The position numbers were made by a program, and so were the translations under genes. A DNA stretch of 64,000 nucleotides from Monocercomonoides exilis PA203 (lineage: Eukaryota > Protista > Preaxostyla): positions 186,001-250,000 of the forward strand of contig LSRY02000004.1 in assembly GCA_001643675.2 (NCBI GenBank), in the 5' to 3' direction. The number at the start of each line of letters is the position of its first letter. Within the stretch, counting starts at the first letter, position 1. This document shows positions 46,370 to 59,729 of the stretch, one piece after another. A model generated the notes under the pieces. It saw only the letters and a program-made list of their open reading frames with translations, had not been told where the DNA came from and did not search any database.

Positions 46370-47136
46370 AAACTTAACAGTTCTTTGTATCCCCCTAATA
46401 TCGATCAGGAAACTTGTCGCATCTTGCACATATACAATTCTTATAATGACAAAATATGTGTTTGATTATTTTTTGTGAGATTGAAAAAAAAAATTCTGAT
46501 TCTGAATTTCAAAAAAAAGTTTTTTTATTGATAAAAAAGTTGCGTTTGACAACGTTGATATTCAAAACTGCATCATTCTTTCAAACATCAAAACATATAA
46601 AAACATCAGTTCTCGCTATGCACCTTTTTGATTTATTTTTATGGAAAAACAAAGAATGAAAAGAAGATAAAAAATATTTTTATTTTAAAGCAAAAGCTTT
46701 TAAACAAGCTTTCTCAAAATAAAAAAAAGCTTAAAGATCAAGCAAATGATTTAGAGGAACAAGAAGATGAATGGAAACAACCTCGAGCAGATTAAAGGAA
46801 TAAAAATAAAAGAATACACATAAAACGCTCAATTAGAAAAATCAAACCGATTAAAATACGTTTGAAAAAACGAAAAAAAAAGCATAAACATATTGTTGTA
46901 TTTGCTCAAAGAAAAAAGAGATTTTATAAGAGGCAAAAAATTTGTACTTCTCCAAAAATGAAAAAGTGTGTACAGAACGATAATACAAAACATAAAACAC
47001 TAAATGAAAACTCATCTTTTTAAAGACTTTAAAAAAATGAAAAAAAAAAAAAATTCAAAAGTAAAAGACAAATTTGAAAGAAAAAGAACAATTAAAAATG
47101 ATCAACCGAAATAAAAACATTTTACCAATTCAGATT

Positions 47137-50100
47137 TCATAAAGTAATGGAAGAATGTGGAACAAGTGTGCAATGCTCATTGCAAGAAGTTGGCAACTTT
47201 GCTTGTAACTCTTCTTCAAATGCATCATGGCCATCTTCAACAGAGTCCACATTTCCTCTTTCCCTTTCATTTGAGTGAAGATTGTCATTGTTGTAATGGC
47301 AGCATTTTTTCTCCAGCTCAATATCTCTCAATGTGCTATTCACACATCCTGTTTCAATTATGTCTTGTTCTCCAACATTTCTGTTATTTCCACTGCAGCA
47401 GCTGTGCTGAACATGCTCATCTTTGCTGCTTCTGTCATCATCAATCTCGCTGAAGTCCTCATCAATTCCTTCTTGTTCCTGCTCCTGCTCTCTTTCTTGC
47501 TCACCTTCCTCTTCATCCTCACTGTTCCCTTCACACTGTGATTCCGGCATCAATTCACTTGCACTTTGTGTCTCTTCTTCTGCACTGCATCCGCTGCTCA
47601 GACCGAAGTTGCTGTCATCCTCGCTTTCCTCATTCTGGTTGAGTGAATGGTCTCTTTGGTGCTTGTGCTCTTTCTCCTCCCTCGAAAGGGCATCCTGCTC
47701 AGCTGTCTCAGTCGCCTCAGTCTCTTCTGCTGCTTCGTGTGTGCCTGACAGCAGCGTGGCAGACGTCGACTGCGACGAGGACTCGATCACTGACAGCTTG
47801 TTTGGGTTGAACGGGGTGAACGAGAGGCGGTTGCTGCGGATGGTGGGCGGATGGATGGTGGAAGGAGAATTAGGGCCAGAGCGTGGCTGGAGGGGAGAGG
47901 GGACGTAGATGCGCTGGTCGGGCACGCGACGGGAGACGGCAAAACGAGAGGTGGAGGCGTAGGAGGTGGAGAGAGGAGAGGAAGGGACAGGAGAGTTCAC
48001 CAGCTTAGAGGACAGCAGAGACGATGCAGAAGAGAAGAGAGAAGGCGGATGGGGAGAAGGAGGAGTGAGGGGTGTTTGGAAGGTGACATGCTGCTGCAGA
48101 TTTGGTGGCTGAGGCTGCTGAGACAGCTGTGCCAAGTCAGAGGAAGATGAGCTTGTGGACAATGCAGAAGGAGAATGATGCATCGATCTGTGTGAGTGGC
48201 GATGGGGCAGCGAGGATGCTGAGGAAGAGGACGAGGCAGATGCTGTCGAAGAAGAAGACAATGTGTCCAGAAGCTGCGAAGAATCGTCTGGTTGTGTCCT
48301 TCCTTTGAAGGGCGGTATCACAAGTGCTGAGATGTTGATGGGGATTGTGGGCTTCTTGAACTTTGATGTGTGCTGAGGGACTATCGAATCAGTCAGATTC
48401 TTCGTTGTTTTTTCCACTTGCTCGCTTGAAAAGTGCTCTTCGTGTGACATCGATGCGTCCCCTTCTCCTCCAATCGCAGCTGTCTCAATTTTCTGGTTCT
48501 CGCTTTTCGTCTGCCCATCCAGTTCTATTTTATTTACCCATTTATCTTCCTCCTTCTTGTCTCTTTCAGCCTCCTCTGTCTCTTCCTCGTTCTTCCACAC
48601 GCAGCTCAGCCCCGTCTGCCTGGTGGGTGTTGCTGCAATGCCCAGCTCACTCGCTGCTATCTGTGACACAAGACGTGGCAGAGGCAGTGCCCCACGAAGG
48701 GTGCCACTTCCCCCTCCGCCTCTGCTCAACATCGACGCATCTGAGTCACGCCGGCTTCTCGGCCCCACCAGAATCAAAGGTGCAATCGACGATGCAGACG
48801 AAGTGTGGCTCGCAAAGCGGCTGTCAGAAAGGGTTCCATTGGGACACCCTGAAGCAACCTGTGAAGCAACTGCCCCCTTTTCAGCTCTTTCAGAGGAGCC
48901 CTCGCCAGCCAGGAGAGACGAGTTGTTTGTGCTGCGGGTGAGGCTGATGTCTGAGCGGAAGCTGTCTGAGTGGAACAAACGCGGCAGAAAGAGCTTCTTC
49001 TTTGGCCCTTTTGAAGAGAGAGATGCACCCGATGCAGTGGGCTCAATGAGGACAGTGTCGATGGCTGAGCTGAGGAGAGAGGCGATGGATGTGTTTGGTG
49101 TGACTGCGCCAGGCGAGTTTGGTGCAGTCAGAGAAGAGGCGGCATTGGCATCTGGCAGCAGAGCATCAGAAGAATGGACAGATGAAGTTGATGAAGAAGG
49201 GATGAGTGATGGCTGGGGAAGAGGTGCAGGAAGATCAGCAGAAGAACGACGGAGCTTGTTTTGCTTGGACGAAGATGCAGAAGACGAGCTGCCCAGACTC
49301 AGTTTGGGTGCCATGGAGAACAGAGGAGCAGATGAAGATGATGCTGAAGAAGAAGAAGAAGATGCTGAAGATGATGTAGATGTCGATGACAATGAAGAGG
49401 AAGAGGAAGAAGAAGTGAAAGAAGGCTGCAAAGTGGAGGCAGCTTCTTGTATTTGTGTCAATATCCCCACTTTCACATCAGATGGCACAGTAATCTGCAT
49501 CTGCGGTGAGATCTGTGTGGTGGACGAGAAGGAAAGGGGATGAGGCGACAGGAAAGATGGCATCGAAGCAGCTACATTCCCACTCTTGCTGGCACTCAGG
49601 CAGGAGCTGTCACACAGCCCAGGCACAACAGCAGAAGAGGCCTGTGGCAGATGAGACTCAAAGTATTTGATGGGAATGGGCTGGGTGATGCGCCGGGTGC
49701 CGACTGAGGCGTATGTGAAGTGCTGTCCAGCAGAAGAAGGGGCAGTCTTGTCAGCAGGTGTCTCAGTGATGCATCTGATGGCATCAATCAGCGTGCTCAT
49801 CTCTCCTTCTGCACTGCCTCTGCTGTCAGTGCGTGTGGATGGAGTGTGTCTGGATGAGGAATTTGAGGGGAGGTCGATACGCTGAAGAGGCATTGAGGCG
49901 ACATGGGAGGACTGGTGGATGACTCTCGGAGGGGAAATGGAGGGAGGAAGGGCAAAGGAAGAAGAAGAAGAAGATGATGATGTTTTGGAAGATGAATCAA
50001 AATGAGAGAGAGAGGAAGGCATGGAAGACGCAGGTGAAAGAAATGGCTGAAGAGAAGGAGAAGGAGAAGCTGAGGAGGAGGATGAAGAAGGCAAAGGGGA

Positions 50101-53100
50101 GGAAGTAGGAGAAGGAGAGGGAACAAGAACAGGAGAAGGCAAAGGTGAAGAAGAAGAAGAAGAAGAAGAAGAAGAAGAAGGAATGACATCAGAAGATGCA
50201 GCGTTCATTCGATAAACAGCATTCTGCTGGTCTTGTGGAGCGAGTGGATGAGGAGCAAGTGAAACTTTTGTGCACACAACATCCTCTGCACTCGATGGCA
50301 TTACTGTTTTTGATGCATTTTTAGTTTTAGAAGCATTTTGAGTGTTGTCGTCATTCCTTGTGAGAGAGGAAGCAGCAGCAGCAGAAGAATCGAAGGCAGC
50401 GTCTCCCCAAATGCGCAGAGCGACCTCCACGTTGTATGCAGCCTGATCAGCCGACAGGGAAGATGGCTCTGCTGTCTCTATTGGGCTCTGTGGAAGGAAT
50501 GATGGATTGTCTGAAGGAGGAAGAGAAGAAGAGGAAGAAGAGGAGGAAGAAGCAGATGTGTTGGCTTTGCTTCCAAAGTCAACCGAAGGCAACGGAAGTA
50601 GTTTGCTGGCGAACATGGGAGATTTGGATGAAGTGTAAGGAGGAGAGGTGTGCTGTGTCTGAGTGGAAGAAGGGAGGAGAAGAGGAGAGCGAGTGATGTG
50701 CTGGTTGGGCGAAATGAGGTCGTGCTGTGAAAGTGAAGTGTGTCTGGGCTGTGTTGGCGAAGTGGCAGAGGAAGGAGAAGACGTGGAGTGGGTGGAGACT
50801 CGAGACTTGTCAGTCGAAGAAGAGGAAGAAGAGGAAGAGGAAGAAGAAGTGCGAAATAGATAAGTAGAGGAATGAGAGACGAGGGGAGAGGAAGAAGGTG
50901 GCTGAGATGGAGAAGAGGAAGAACGTCGGTGCTGAATGAGCTGCATATCGCGCTTGTAGGCTGAAGCTGCTGCGGCTGTTGGAGTCAGTGGCTTTCCATT
51001 CCTCTGGTTTTCTCCAACATTCACATCCACTTCTTCCTCTTCTTCCTCCTCCTCTTCCTCATCATCTTCATATGCACGATGTTGCTTATGTTCTGTCCTG
51101 TGTCCTTCCATCTGATGGCGATGCTCTTCATTTCTGCCATAGTCGTTGTTGGCGTCATACTTCTTTCTGTTCGTTCGCTCTGCCTCTCTCTGATACTCCC
51201 TCTCTTTCTCTCTTTCTCTTTCTCTCTCTTTCTCCCTCTCCCTCTCCCTCTCCCTCTCCTTCTCCCTATCCTTCCTCAGCTGCTCCTTCATCTTCTCCCT
51301 TTCCCTCAGCTTCATTCTTATCCTCTCTCTCTCTCTTTCTCTCTCCTTCTTCTCCTTCTCGCTGTCTCTCCTGCTTTTGTCCGTCGGCTGTAGCAGAATT
51401 GTGTGCGGAGTGTGTCTGTCCAAGTTGTACAGCTCAGCACCCAGCATCTCCTTCCTCCTCCTCTCCCTCTTCTCTTCCAGTGTGTGCCTTCTCTGCTCCT
51501 CTTCATGCAGAAGCGCCTCCATCCTCGCCTCTCTCCTCGCCTTCTTCCTCCTCCTCTCCATCTCTTCCTCTGCCTCTTCAATGTCTGACAGCGTCAGCTT
51601 TAATGGCTGCCTCTTCTGCAGCTGCTGCGCCGTCTCCAACAGCTTCTGCTGTGCTGCCCGTTCTGAGCCTTTCTTCATCCTCTCGTCTTCTCTTTCTTCT
51701 CTTTCTTCCTCTCCCTCTTCTTTTGCTGACGATCCTGCTGTTATCTTCACTCTTCTCTCTTTCCTGTTGGTTGGGCTGTCTTTCGGTTTGGAACTAGATT
51801 TGTGGCGTGATTCATAATTGTGTGAGTTTGAGAAGGAGACAGAGAAAGAAGAAGAAGGGAAAGGAGAGGGCAATGGAGATGCCAGGGGAGAAAGAGAAGG
51901 AGAGGGATAAGGAGAACGAGAAGGAGAATAGGAAGGATAAGAAGGCGAAGGCGAAGGCGAAGGAAGGGGAAGAATATGCGACAAGGAGACAGAACGTGAG
52001 TGAAATGAAGATGAGTTGTTTGAACGTGAATGTGAATGTAAACGTGAGTGTGAGTGAGAGCGACGTGAAAGATGAGATGGAGAATACGAAAAGGAGTTGT
52101 GTGTGTTTGGTTTGCTTTCAGATGAGCTGTATTCTTTCTCTTCGTCCTGCTCTGACAAGCTGCTTCCTCTGAAACCTTCTTTCGCCCTTTGCCTAACCTT
52201 TTTCCGGGGCGAATGGTATCTCAGCAGCTTCTCTCGCTGGTTGTCTTTCTCTCCTTCGTCAGTCACAATGTGCAGTTTGACCACTTTCTTCCTCTTTTCA
52301 CTCTTTTCTTCGTCTTCTCCTGTTTTCATTCTGACTGCCCTTGCTTTCTCCCTCTCCTTCGCATTTGATTGCATCATCGACTGCCGGGTGCGCACGTTGT
52401 TCCAATCATAAATAGAGTCAAACTGATATTGCTCTCGCACAAAGAGGTCGCTGAAAAGCTTCCGCAGATACTTGTAGTCTGGCTTCCCTTCAAATCGCAG
52501 ACCTGAAATGGTTGATGTACAAAGATTGAGCAATAAAAAAATATGGAATGGAACAAGAACAATATAGACGAAGTTTGTTCATTCATATTAATTTTTTAAA
52601 AATAACGTTATGAAAATAAATAAGAATATAAATTAATGCAACACAAACTTCTGACATAATCCAGAAAAGTTCGAAACTCTGTAGGAAGTCCTTTGCACAA
52701 CGTTTCTGTTGGAATACTCATTTTCATGTCACCTATTTTGCAGTATCTGTTGTGTCTTCCTTTGGCCTTAATTCCTTGCCAAGGAAGATTACCGTTCAAG
52801 AAATATACGAACATATATGCAATTGATTCAAGATCATCGCGTCGACTTTGCTCGATTCCAATATGAGTGTTAACGCTGGCATATCGCATCGTCCCAACAA
52901 TTCCTTTTGTTTCGCGATATGGTATATGCTGATGTGTTCTTGGATCACGAAAACGCTTGGCTAATCCAAGATCGATCATATAAACAGTACTCTCTTTGCG
53001 TCCTCTTCCTATTAAAAAATTATCAGGCTTGATATCTCTATGTATAAAACTTTTTGAATGCAAATATTCAATTCTGGTTAGAAGTTGCTCCGCTAACATA

Positions 53101-53465
53101 AGTATTGTTTTCAACGAGAATTTTCTTCCACATTTCGTAAAAACATCCTCCAAACTACTTCCCAATAAATCCATAATCATAATATTGTATTCTCCATCGG
53201 ATCCGAACCAATGAACGGTTGGAATACCGACACCCCCTTGGAGTATTCGATAAAGTCGAGTTTCAGCAGCAAGTTGAACTTGGCGGGTACGAGCTTTTTC
53301 TATTTTGCAAGCAACTTCCTCTCCAGTTGTCAAAACTATTCCCTTGTATATGTCCCCGAAAGCTCCAGCACCAAGTTTGTTTCTGGTCAAGATTTTGTAA
53401 GTGTTTGCAATAATCCAATCATCTTGTCCAACATGTTCATATCCGAGCTGAGTCGGTCTCTCCAT
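47137..53465 (-). CDS. CK1: Casein kinase 1 family kinase with a ~1750-aa low-complexity C-terminal extension (exons 53465-52649, 52502-47137)
   Basis: [45 protein letters not shown] and LPWQG. The 146-nt intron joins [13 protein letters not shown]. Confidence 0.95.
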
Positions 53466-53598
53466 ACACAAAAAATAATTGAGAGTTTGAAAATGTTAAA
53501 GATAATATTAATAAATCCTTCAGTTGCACAAAAATCAGAGATTAAAGAATAAAGATAAGAAGTAAGGCAAAAGATCATCAGATCAAAAAGAAAACCAG

Positions 53599-56500
53599 AT
53601 GCTTGGGTTTAAAATCGTCAAAGATGTGATAAATGAAGATGATTCAGATTCAGATGATAATAGAGAAGATTCTTCAGTTCGTTTTCAAATCATTAAGTTT
53701 TCAATCATTGAAATATTATTTGATTTAATTATTATCCAGTTTATTGTCCCAGGCTTTCTCCAACAGGAAACAACTTCTCAAAGAGCCAAACCGCATTTTG
53801 AAGTAGATGCTAGGCAAACAGAAAGAATTAAACGCAAGGAAAAAAAACTCATGGAAAACATTGATAAAGTTCTTAAACGTAAAATGAAAGAAAAACCAAA
53901 AGAAAGTATTATTGAAATACAATCAGATGGAACAGCAAAACAAGAGATGATAGCTCCTAAACGTGAAGTTACTGCTTCGAAGAAAGTTGATGAAACTCCA
54001 AAAGAAGAAGAAGAAGAAGATTTAGTTGTATGTTTCTTCAATAAACAAAATCATTCAATTTAATTGTTATTTAGCCTTCTTATAAGCACACAGTTTTAGC
54101 CATTGACGAAACATGCTCATTTGAAGAGCTTGGACTTTCAAAAATAGTTCTTCGTGCAGTTAGGAAAAATTTAGATTTTATTCATCCGACTCCAATTCAA
54201 AAGCAAGCCATTCCTCTTGTTCTTGATGGAAGAGATGTCATTGGTATTGCTCAAACTGGCTCAGGAAAAACAGCAGCATTCCTTCTTCCAATCATACATA
54301 GAATAATAGAAAAGCTTTCTTTTACTGGTGGAGGAAGAAAGCAGTCATATATGCGTCAACAAAAATCATCATTTCACATACCAAAAATTGAAAGCGATGG
54401 AAATATTCACGCATTGATTCTGTCACCAACTAGAGAATTGGCGCTTCAGACATTAGGTGTATGCCAACTTCTCACATCAACTCTTCCATTTATTACAGTT
54501 GGATCAGCTATTGGAGGCTTATCAAGAACACCACAAGAATCTGCTCTGCGTCGCGATGATCTTCCAACAATTCTTGTTGCAACACCGGGTCGTTTTGTGG
54601 ATTTACTGTTGAATCTTCATCCAGCTGTTGGAAGAGAAGGAGGAGATAAAGGGAAAAAAAGAAAGGGCAAAGATGATAAGGGAAAGAAAAATAGAGGTGG
54701 GAAAGGGAAAGATGTAATTACAGCTTCTTCGGCCGCGCTTGACATATTATCAACTATATGGTGTGTTGTTCTTGATGAAGCAGATCGATTGCTTGAGGTT
54801 GGCTTCCAAAGAGAAATAGAAAAGGTGATGGAAATGCTGCCGGGACACATTAAACTTCATTTGGATGAGGCCGCAGCAAGAAACACAACCAAAGTCATGA
54901 AGAAGAATAAGAAAGACGGAGCTCTTCAAGTGTTGTTCTTCACTGCAACCATGTCCAGAGACGTGGCTTTGCTGGCACAAGGAGTACTTGAAAGGCCTGT
55001 TGTTGTCTATCCTGATGGCCCTCTTTCTGACAGCAGAGAGAATGCAGTAGATAGCGATGGCAAACAGGAAAAGAAGGATGACTCTGCTCGTACACCCGAG
55101 TCGATTTTGAAAAAGGCAATGAAGCACGAAATGGCTGCGTCACTTGTGCAAGAAGTCATTTTTGTTGAGAGCGAGAGCGAAAGAGACGCACTGTGCTATT
55201 TGATTGCCAAAGATCGTCTTCAACGCAAAGACAATTCATCAAGCACAGAAAATGATGGAAAAGCAGAAGAGCAGCCAGCATCGCAAGCAGGCGGTGTGCT
55301 AATCTTTGCAAACACAAGGCACAGGGCACATCGAATGAGTGTGATGCTGAGGATGTTGGGATTATCAGCTATGGAGCTTCACGGCGGGCTCAGCACTGGG
55401 CAAAGACTGTTTGCACTCGAATGCTTCAAAAACGGAAGCCGAGGCAACAAAGACGGCGAAGCATCACAAGCTGGAGGGAAAGCCAAAATGAGCACAAGCG
55501 ACTATGACGATGAGTTTGAAGATGATGACGAAGATGGGCAAGATGGCGAAGGAAGACGATCTGGCTCTGATTCCGCACCAACAATCCATCCATCGAGAGG
55601 AACATGCAACATTCTTGTCTCGACAGATCTTGCTGCACGAGGACTGGACATAGACGGTGTGAATGTTGTGCTGAGCTACGATGAGCCAAGACGCCTTCGT
55701 GATCACATTCACAGAGCTGGACGTACAGCACGTATTGGACACGACGGGAGGTGTATCACCTTGATGATGGTGAAGAAAAAGGCAACAGATGCTGTGAATG
55801 CACTGGCGTCTCAAGGAAAAGCCAGCTCTTCCGAAGCAGGCAGAGGAGGAATTGGAGAGTATATCATACCTCCACTGCTGGTTGAGATGAACAGAAACTC
55901 ACCAGGACAGATTCTGAGGAGGAAAGTGAACAAAGGGTCATTAAAAGCAGCACTTAAAGAGACATCTTCAGTGAGCGAGGATTTGAGGAGGGTATTAAAA
56001 GAAGAAGCAGCAGATGAAGAATTGGACGAAGCAGAAGACAAACTCGAGAGGGCAGAACAGATGTTGTCCAAGAAGAAGAAGAAGAAGGATGATTGGGATC
56101 CAGATGCAGAAGAAGAAGAGGGCTCAAAGAAGGTGTGGTTTATGTCAAAAAGGGAGAAGATGACTGAACGGGACAAAGCAAGAAAGCAGATTTTGGGTGG
56201 ATTTGACGATGAAATGGAGGATGAAGATGAGTCCGAAAGCGATGATGAATCGTATGGTGGAAAGAGAAACAAAATGGGAAATAGAAAAGATGGGAAATCA
56301 GGGAAGCAAAGAAAGATAAGTGCTTTTGATGAAGAAGATATGAACAAGAAGAAGATTGTTGGAGGCAAAAGTTTGAATGATAAATACGAAGTGTGGAAGA
56401 AAGAGCAGAATCCGTTTCTAAAGAAAAAGAAGGATTATCGTAGGGAAGAGAATGAAGATGAAAGCGATGAAGATGATGAAGACAATGATGATGATAGTTT

Positions 56501-56941
56501 TGAAAGCAGCGACGAAGAATCAGAAGAAGACAGAAGAGGCAGAGGAAAGAAAGGAAATCAGCAAAAGAAAGGAGAAAAAGGCGGAAAAGGAGGGAGGCAG
56601 CAAAATGAGCATAAAAGTGCGTTTGGACCAGAGTTGCCAAGCCGGAAAGAAAGGAAAGCAAAAGCAAAGGGTAAGTTGTCTGAGTTTGATCGGAAAATGA
56701 AAGCAAGGGGTCAGTCAAACAAAAAGGTGTGAGAACTCATCGATTTTTTAAATTTCATGTTTCACTTTTTTTTCAAACAAATCATTTCATTATTCTTATT
56801 TTATCATTTTTTTAGCTTCCTCCAAAGCCTTCAAAAGAAATCATGATGAATGCCAGGTTTGCGAAAAAGAGCTTTAAACTGGGCAAAGGAGGAGTTAGAA
56901 AGGGTGGCTTTCCCAACAAGTCACAGAAGGGCAGAAAATGA
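53599..56941 (+). CDS. DEAD-box RNA helicase, DDX27/Drs1-like (60S biogenesis), 4 exons
   Basis: Q-motif PTPIQ, AQTGSGKT, PTRELA, TPGR, DEAD, TAT, ARGLD and HRAGRTAR. The C-terminal KKVWFMSKREK and basic last exon (56816-56941) resemble Drs1/DDX27. Confidence 0.88.
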
Positions 56942-57278
56942 TTAAAAGATCATTTTTTCCATGTATTTTAATTCACAAAATAACCATTTCATCACACCTC
57001 ATCAAAACAAAATAATTATAAATATCCTTTTCTTTCTGTTTGAACTGAATCAATTTTTGAAGTAAATATAAAATAACTTAAAGCATTTTCATAACACAAA
57101 AATGGAGAAAAGAAAAATCGCCAAATAAGAAATAATTGAAATATGAAACTTCATGTGTATCAATGAATTTGTTTATCTGTCAATTCATGACTGCAATAAG
57201 ATGTCTCTTTGAACAAACGGGAGATCAGAATGAAATGATGAACTTTTTAGCCAAACTGCAATTGTTCAGTTTGTCCTT

Positions 57279-58577
57279 TCACGATAAAATCTTCCATCGT
57301 GCTCCATTGTTAAACAGCGTGACTGCCACCCAGACACCTCGTGTGAGCATCTCACAGCCAAGTAGCTCTGCGCACTTCAGCCCGTTCACTTTGTAGACAA
57401 GATCTCCTTTGTCCACATCCACATTCATTGTCACCAGATCGTTCGTGTTGTATCCAAGCGTCGATGGCGCAACAAGTTGCGACTGACAATAAATTCCCAG
57501 TGCGCTTGTATGATCATGCAGCCCCCATCCCATCAAGCCATTTTTGTATGCAAATCCTCGATTGAATGATTGAGGAATGTCCAACAAAACTCCGATGGAA
57601 TATCTGTTTGGCCTTGGGATATGCGCACGAAATGTAACAGATATTGATCCCTTTGTTATTTTCTGATCTCCAACAAGAATGAGATGATCTCCGTCATCGC
57701 CTGACACGTGAACGTGCTTTCCGTCATGCATCACCGTCAGTCCATCAGATTTGTATGTTGTGTTCCACTTTGCTGGAAAAGAAAAGAAAAGAAAAAGATT
57801 CAGAAAAACAAAATATTTGTTCCATTTCACACCATTAAAAGGAGTTGGTTGTGGACTATTTTGAAATAATGCATATGCAAATATCACACAGAATATAAAA
57901 ATGTATTAAGCAAACCCAATCCTGAAAAATTCCATTTCCTTGTGGAAAAGCCTTTCTTGCTCTTCAGATGCAAATGTTTTTGGAAGGTGGTCTGTTCTTA
58001 AAAAATCTAAAATAAGTTTAAAAATTTCTGGATTTCGATCAATAAAAAGATTTCCTTCTTTGTCGCGCGGAACTATGACTTGATGTCTTCAATAGGATAG
58101 AAAGCGAATGCTTTATTTTCCAATATTAAATAAATCAACACATACGTAAAAATGCTTGCGAGCAAAGATTGCTCAAATCTATTATTTTAATAAAAAAATA
58201 TATTAAGCAAAAAGAAAGGCGCATAAGAAAAAAGAATATACCTCGTAAGTGTATAAGTTATTGAATAAAAAATCTTTCCTCCAACATTGAATCGAATGGC
58301 TCCAGAATTCTTTCAATAAATCAAAGCAAGCACTTAAAAATCAACAAAAATAAAACAATAATAAGCACACTAATCTTCTTTCTCTAAGGATTTCTTCAAC
58401 TTCTTTTTCTTCCTCTTCAAAAATTCGTTCTTGAGTTCTTAACTCTATTCGCTTCTCCAAAAGTAAAGCGGTTTCTTTTTCGAGTGCTTCTTTGCTGCGT
58501 TTCAACTCCAACTCAAATTCTTTTTTTTGTTCGTCCAACGATGTTTTATCCTTCGGAACTTCAGGTAAAGCAATCAT
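57279..58577 (-). CDS. Coiled-coil + KCTD-type BTB/POZ + SPRY/B30.2-like protein, multi-exon
   Basis: IRFNVGGKIF, SLLASIF, RDKEGNLFIDRNPEIFKLILDFLR, EMEFF. The last exon has YSIGV...WGL...DLVTMNVDVDKGDLVYKVNG...VWVAVTL. Confidence 0.85.
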
Positions 58578-58628
58578 TTGCCAAATCTGTTTTTAAAATG
58601 GGTGCTTCTTACCATAAAAAATAAAATT

Positions 58629-59729
58629 ATGAACTTTTTTTTGTTAATTGCAAGCTTATTTATTTTACAAACAGAATCAATTACCGTATCCGACCTGAGA
58701 AAAGATTCTTTTGCACAAGGAGAAAAGGCTGTTATTGTCGTTTCTCTTTATAATGATACCAATTTGATCTCTCAAACTGCATATGCTGTGACAGTTGATA
58801 CTTTGACACAGTTGTATATTGGAGAAGGTTTACATAATTAAAGTTGAAACGTTGATTATTTCATGAATAATAACATATTGATATTTCTCCTTATTTGAAT
58901 AGTGTTAACAAATTTGTCAAATACATCTTATGCTTTGTGCGACAAGAACAAACCATATTTATGCAACATTTCCGTTGAAGTCTCAATTAAGACAATACCA
59001 GTGGATACTGAAAACTTTCAAGTTGATCCTAAAACTGCCATTCGTAAAAGATGGCTTGATATTACAGATTCTTCTGTTAAAAATTATGTACCGTTTGCCA
59101 AAAAACCTTTTAAATTATTTTCTATAACATTCAATTTTATTAGATATTGGACAGTTATTGTTCATTGCGATGAAGGGCGTGTGAGCTCAATTTCATTTGA
59201 AGAGAACACTGGTGGTTGCGGGGGAAATGTGTTTGAATCTGTTTGCGCTGCAACTTTCCCTACTGACGCATCTGTTTATGCAAAGCTAATGCCGACGGTT
59301 TTTATTTTTTCAATTATTATTATTATTTTTTTCAATTAAAATCTTTTCAACTAATAATTAATATTCGTGCATGAAAAATTGGGCAATATGCATTGATTCT
59401 ACAGATTCACATTGCATGGGAAGGAACAGATAGTCACAACAATCCGTTGATGTCGGTCGGTTTGTAAACAATTATTTTTAATTTCGTTTCTTTATTATCC
59501 CAACAACATTGATACTTTCATTTTTGCGAATAATCAAATAATATATTTTTGAAATTTATGTTTTTCAATTTCATTTTTGCCTTTGATTTTCTAATAAAAA
59601 CCTACAGGCCAAATTCTGTCAACTTACAGACTTTATTCAACTGCTGACTTTGGAATGATGGTTGCAAAAGAAGGAGAAAATTATTACAACCAGATTGTTG
59701 ACTTTTACAAAGACATCTTTCAAAAATAG
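58629..59729 (+). CDS. Small secreted, Cys-containing uncharacterised protein, 5 exons
   Basis: Signal peptide MNFFLLIASLFILQTES. In-frame GT-AG splices. The C-terminal motif IHIAWEGTDSHNNPLMSVG...YRLYS ends at TAG 59727-59729. Confidence 0.75.
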
